Made by a program: the position numbers and the translations under genes
Part shown: piece after piece, positions 43,461-48,838 of the stretch
Position numbering within the stretch: position 1 is the first letter of the stretch
How the letters are laid out: each line of letters begins with the position of its first letter
The notes under the pieces: model-generated
Databases searched by the model: none
Told to the model about the DNA's origin: nothing
What the model saw: only the letters and a program-made list of their open reading frames with translations
From: Neophaeotheca triangularis
Taxonomy: Eukaryota
Assembly: GCA_054600435.1 (NCBI GenBank)
Contig: BAAIJX010000014.1
Span: 434,001 to 482,838 of the forward strand
Length of the DNA stretch: 48,838 nt
Reading direction: 5' to 3'

Positions 43461-43875
43461 ATGGGATTCACAACCGGCATGGTAAGCTCCCCCCAAACAC
43501 ATCACAACACAACACAACCCAAACTAACCCCCCACGGCCCAGCTCGGCGGCATAACCCTAACAACAACGCTCCTCTACCTCTCCCTCAACCTCCACGCGC
43601 GCAACCGCCTCCACCAATCCACCCTCCTGCACCAGCAAAGCCTCGTCCTCGACCGCGTCGTCTCGCCCCGCGCTACCGTGCCGCAACCCGTAAGTCGCGA
43701 AGACCGCGCCGGTCTGCTGGAGAGTGCCAAAGATCGCTGGAATGCGGAGTTGGAGGCCAATGTTAGGAAGGTGCAGGGAGCGGATTGGGGGGCGCTGAGG
43801 GAGAGGTTGGAGGAGGGGGTTGCTGGGGTTTTTGGGAGGGGGTTGGAGAAGGGGAGGGAGGAGGTGGGGAAGTAG
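43461..43875 (+). CDS. MIC12: MICOS subunit Mic12 (Aim5) family; exons 43461-43481, 43543-43875
   Basis: Intron 43482-43542 (GTAAGC..ACTAAC..CAG) gives MGFTTGMLGGITLTTTLLYLSLNLHARNRLHQSTLLHQQ...ESAKDRWNAELE...DW, the family pattern. Confidence 0.82.
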
Positions 43876-44617
43876 GGTTGGTGGGGAGTGCTTTTTTTAA
43901 GGGAGTGGCCAGCGTTGGGGGATTGGGGTTGAGGGCGGATAAGGCGGGTTGTTATGAGGCATATACCCATTGCTTTATAGGCTGGTTTTTAGTGGAAGTC
44001 GCGCGGGAGAGGGGTGGGTGGTTGCCGGGAGAGACGGAGTCTTGCCATGTTGGGGCCAGTCGAATAATGGCGGTATTGACAGTACTTGATGGGAACGGTA
44101 GACGGAAAGACAAGAGTTTGATCACATTCACCAAGGAGAGAAGACGCGAGATTTATAGGTGGCATTGGAGGGAGGGGGAAGAAGGGCAGCATGACGATTG
44201 CTACGCTCTTAGTCTGTAGTCCAGATTAGATATACGGGGAAAGAAGAGACCGCATTAATGACACACTTGCTTAGGGGAGTATCCAAAGCCGGTGCAACGA
44301 CCCTTCAAATCCCGCAACAAAACGGACAAGATTCTGGCATGCGTGAGACCGCTGAAGCGTGAAGTCGCTCGAGGGCTACCTTGTTCTCAAGGGCTACACT
44401 TGACAAGAAAGGTGAGCAACAAAGGTTCTACACTAGGGAGCTCACAGCTTTGCTTGGACCTAGGCTACCAGTGATGCTCAGCCGAAGGTGTCGGATGCGG
44501 CCTCGAGGCCTCCAAATGACGACCGCGTCTGATACCGAGTTGTAATTCATTCCAATTCCATGGAAAGAATACTCAAACCTCCCAAGCCTTCGATTTGAGC
44601 TTTTAGTAAAATGTAGC

Positions 44618-44637
44618 AAAAAAAAAAAAAAAAAAAA
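44618..44637 (+). repeat. A20 homopolymer
   Basis: 20 consecutive A residues in the intergenic region. Confidence 0.9.
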
Positions 44638-45735
44638 TCAGACCGGAGCATACGCTCGAGTCTGATGTCTTATCGCTACGTCTTCAACACATGGCATTCA
44701 TCGTACACGGTCACTCAGATCAAGCGTCGCATGTACCAATAATAAGCTCGGGGCGCTTTTCGTCAATAGCACGAGCATGGTTGTTAATAATGTTAGGTCT
44801 ATGGTTCGGCGGACTCGTATCGCTCGAGTGCGGCTGTGTTGGACCAAATACAAGGCATCGTAAAAGCACTGGACGGCTCGGTGCTGACTTCCCGGATACG
44901 AGATGTCGGCTTTGAGATTCGTAGAGGTTTGCCCTGTGGGCAGTAGAAGTGCTTTATTATGCTGGCTGGCATATCGGAAGACCTAGTAGGACGGGGTGAT
45001 GTGGAGGTGAAGTTGGTGGAAGAATAATAATAACGACTGTTTGTCAGAAGTCGGAACGGAAGCCGTCCGGGTGGATAATTGTGAGTATTCACCTCATGTT
45101 GACACGTTATGACCTAGGTATTGTACTGTACTGTATAAGCGATTGTCCAAGTACCTCATAGTAGTACCGAGGATTCAAGCTAAATTGGATAGGTTCGTTG
45201 CGGTATAGCTCGGCCGAAGAATTGCGCGAAGCCCGTTTCGTACAGTAAAAGCGAAAGTTGGGAAGTTGGGGGGTTTCGCAATGAGACTGCTTTGACAGCT
45301 GTCCAGCGTTTCCGATTCTTAGTGGGAAAACGTGGGTGACAAAACAATGATAATCACGAGTGACTGCACTGTACCTAGGTAGGTAGAAGTAGTAGTGTTA
45401 AGGCGATTGATGAAGGATAAGGTAGGCTAGGTTAGTAGTACCTACCTAGCTCTGGTTATCTTTAGCAGCAGCCGCGCGCGTTTCCATCCAGATAAAATAG
45501 GGATAGGCGCACGCCCCTCAGTAGTACGACGGGAGCCTACCTACGCTCGCTAGGTAAGCTCGTAAGTACTCCTGAAACCTGAAAGGCCGGGCGAGGATTG
45601 TATGCGCACGCATAAGCATGAGCATTAAAGTACAGTACTAGCCTACTAGGAGGTAGAACATGTATGTACTGTACTGTAGATTAGGTATTATTATTCGCAT
45701 GGCATTATTATTATTATTATTGCATGCATGCCTTC

Positions 45736-45760
45736 TCGCATCGCATCGCATCGCATCGCA
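45736..45760 (+). repeat. (TCGCA)5 pentanucleotide repeat
   Basis: Five tandem copies, adjacent to an (ATT)n run near 45704-45721. Confidence 0.8.
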
Positions 45761-46616
45761 GTTGCCTTTCATCTCACACCCTCGTCTCATCATCCAACAC
45801 CTTGACATACCATACCACCTCCTACCACCACCACTCTTCTTCTTCTCCTTCTTCTTCTTCTACGCGTCTTTGTTTCATCATCACAATACTCTCTACTCTT
45901 TATTGGTCTCTCATCGCTTCACACATTCATACTTTCCGTCGGACCGCTTCGACACACCCGTGGACAGGCCCAAACCCACTTCTATCCTAGTCACCAATCG
46001 TCGTCCTCACTGGTCACCATCACAATAGACTCGAGCCATTCACACGCCTGCTTTCTGCCGCCTGCCAGACTCGACCCGCGCCTTTGTCGTCTTCATCCTT
46101 CTTCGGCGCGGGAAACAGCAAAGAGAGTTGGGATAGTCGGAACAGCTGCTAGTTATTGGAACAGCTGCTATTGTTGACTGACTGGCTGGCTGCCTGGATA
46201 AGCCCAGTGGAGAGTGAAAGCGAGACATCTGGTGACTGAGTAGAGAAAGCGTTCGTCAAGGTATTATATTATTATTGCGGGCGGCAGAGGAGGAGGGAGG
46301 AATAGCAGCGGCGGCGGCGGTACAGACAACAGACAGCCAAACAGACGGGCGGCAGAGTCTAGCCCCCAATGTCGAACCTTACCAGTGAGTAGTCCCTTTT
46401 CCGTCCATCGTTACTCTTCGTCTGCCACTATTCTTGTCTCATCTTCCACACTCAGCTTGTACCACATACTACTTTGTACACTATTTACTACTATACCCGA
46501 TTCTTGTCAAGCGATTGTCTTTGCTCGCGTTTCAACCATACAAACCTACTTGCTGTTCTACTACCACCACTTTCTCTTCCCACTACTACATCTAGAATCT
46601 GTTTTAATGCGACACC

Positions 46617-47873
46617 ATGGCTGATGTCAACCCAGTCACTACCAGCGCACCGAGCGTACCCCCTACCACCACCCTCAACGCCGACAACGTCGACGACCCT
46701 CAAGAAGCAACCTCCATCGCTCAAGTCTCTTCATCAATCGCCTCCGAGGTCCAGCAGACCATAAATGATCCCGATACCACAACCACCATCAACCGCCCTT
46801 CCGATGTCACCGTAGCCGTCACCGAATCCGCACCCGATCCCACCACCGTCGAGGTCACCTCAATCGTTTCCGTAAATCCCACAAACGGCGCCCCCCAAGA
46901 TCCTGTCGTGGTAGTAGTCACTAGCACCAGCCAGGCAGCTCCGACAGCAGTCGTCCCTACACCAACAGCCGCAGACGCCTCCGCCTCCGAGACAACTACC
47001 GCACCCGCATCTCTCTCTAACAACGGCTCAGATGGAGATGGCGATGGAGGAGGTCTCTCAACAGGTGGCCGCGTTGCCATCGCTGTTGTCGTTCCCGTAG
47101 TCGTCGTTGCGCTCCTCCTACTAGCCGGCATCTTCCTCTGGCGGCGACGCAAGCAAAAGAAGGCAGGAGAAGAAGCGCGGCGCAAAGAAGTCGAAGACTA
47201 CGGCTTCAACCCCAACAACGACCCCACTCTCCCAGCTGTCGCTGCCTCAGAAGCAGGCGGCACACAAATGACCGAAGACAGCAGCTCCGGCTACCGAGGT
47301 TGGGGTACTGCCGCAGCCGCCGGTGCCGCTTACAGCAACCGCAAAACCTCCACCACCGTCAGCGGCAGCAACGGCCACACCCAAGGCCAACCCTCCGACA
47401 GTGGCAGCGGCCTTTACGCCAACGACCCCAACAACCCAAATATCGACTCCCACTCCGGCGACCCCCTCGTCGGCGGCGCCTACACCTCCACCCATAACAA
47501 CCGCGGAACACTCTCCTCCGACGACCTAGGCGCCCTCGGCTCCGCCCCGCTAGCCTCCACAAACCGCAACCTCAACCGCGGCCCCTCCAACGCCTCTTCC
47601 CGCTACTCCAACACCGCCCGCTCTGAAGGCAGCGTCGAGCCCGTGCCCGAACTCCCCGCATCCTACTCCTCCGACTACGGCAACCCCTCGGCCAACTACG
47701 GCTACTCCCAAGCCGGACCCTACGGTGACGGCAGCTACGGCGGCGCCGCTGGTCCCACAGACCAGGACGGCATGCCCGTCGTTCGCGATGTCAGCGCGCG
47801 CCGCAATACTCGTATCGAGCAGCCGACGAGGGGGTTTCAGCAGGGGAATAGCGGGATTGCGCAGAATTTTTAG
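46617..47873 (+). CDS. Mid2/Skg6-like single-pass membrane protein with Ser/Thr-rich ectodomain
   Basis: T/S/P/V-rich N-terminus, GGLSTGGRVAIAVVVPVVVVALLLLAGIFLWRRRK TM with basic stop-transfer, cytoplasmic YGFNPNNDPTL, GYRGWG, VRDVSARRNTRIE and GIAQNF terminus. Confidence 0.85.
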   Translation: MADVNPVTTSAPSVPPTTTLNADNVDDPQEATSIAQVSSSIASEVQQTINDPDTTTTINRPSDVTVAVTESAPDPTTVEVTSIVSVNPTNGAPQDPVVVVVTSTSQAAPTAVVPTPTAADASASETTTAPASLSNNGSDGDGDGGGLSTGGRVAIAVVVPVVVVALLLLAGIFLWRRRKQKKAGEEARRKEVEDYGFNPNNDPTLPAVAASEAGGTQMTEDSSSGYRGWGTAAAAGAAYSNRKTSTTVSGSNGHTQGQPSDSGSGLYANDPNNPNIDSHSGDPLVGGAYTSTHNNRGTLSSDDLGALGSAPLASTNRNLNRGPSNASSRYSNTARSEGSVEPVPELPASYSSDYGNPSANYGYSQAGPYGDGSYGGAAGPTDQDGMPVVRDVSARRNTRIEQPTRGFQQGNSGIAQNF

Positions 47874-48578
47874 GCAGGAGGTGAGCGTGGTGACGATAGT
47901 GAGGGTCGTTTGCTTGAGCTGAAGGAGGGGGGTCTGGGAAGAGCGGGGTTGGGGAGTTTGAGGAGGGCGATTGAGGCGATTTTCGCCCGCCGTGGGGGGA
48001 GGGGGGATGAAAGTGCAAGGGTGAGGGCGGTATCGGGTGATAGGGGTGGTGAGTGTTTGGGAAAGAAGCCGAGCGGCAAGAGCAGGAAGGTGGACTGAGC
48101 GAGCGAGCAAGCCATCCATTTGTTCTTTTGAATGCCTTCTTGATTGCAGCATGCACGGTCATGGCGACGGCGTTCCCTTTCGACACACAAAAACCGAGCT
48201 GCGGGCGTTTTCGCTTGGTGTTGGTTCTTTCTTTAGTTTACGAACTCTTCTTTGGCTACGGCCGGATGGTTATGGGCGAATCAAGGCGTCTGTCTGGCAG
48301 GGAGACGAGGCGTTCTTTTTCATCCTTCTTTGTCTGTGGGATGGGCAAGGGGAGGGGAATTTTACTCAAGACGAGACGAGCGAGCTATACGCGCAGCACA
48401 ATATCCTTTTCTTTTTCTCGCGGCGAGAGGGGGTGATTGAAGAGTTTAGAGGAAAGCAGAGGGGAGGGGGGAAGGGGAGGAGAGTACAGGAGAGTACAGG
48501 AGAGGGTATAGGAGCTCTAGGGGAGGAATTGTAATTAGGGTCTTTTTTAACTCTCCCTTTCTCTATATTACGCTCTCC

Positions 48579-48810
<232 letters not shown>

Positions 48811-48838
48811 CTTCATTGTGGTCTCTCATGCTCTCACA

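Noticed and set aside
44471..44532. Possible box C/D snoRNA (GTGATGC..CCGA..ATGACGA..CTGA)
   Set aside because: Imperfect C box, guide segments too short (4-6 nt) and no terminal stem.

Overview
Eukaryotic, gene-dense fungal genomic DNA. Short 50-90 nt GT/GC-AG introns with CTRAC branch points and the protein content point to a filamentous ascomycete, probably a Dothideomycete (inference). It holds about 19 protein-coding genes: a 5'-truncated GH30 hydrolase, GUT2, a short RecQ helicase, a mitochondrial PPR protein, RSM25, NDC1, a PEP12/VAM3-type syntaxin, an EFM6/METTL21-type methyltransferase, COA1, MET6, an SDR-CE4 deacetylase fusion, an Asp f7/DPBB secreted protein, IMA1, MIC12, a Mid2/Skg6-like membrane protein and several orphans. 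The window ends in a (CT)n microsatellite. The standout is a tRNA-Leu(AAG) gene on the minus strand (2384-2594) split into four exons. It has one canonical 19-nt tRNA intron at 37/38 plus two 53- and 59-nt insertions (at 9/10 and 26/27) carrying full spliceosomal signals (GCACGT or GTTAGT donor, CTAAC branch, YAG acceptor). Removing all three gives a complete 80-nt cloverleaf. The first intron splits the A box and itself contains a B-box-like motif. All exon/intron calls were made by eye, with no database searches.
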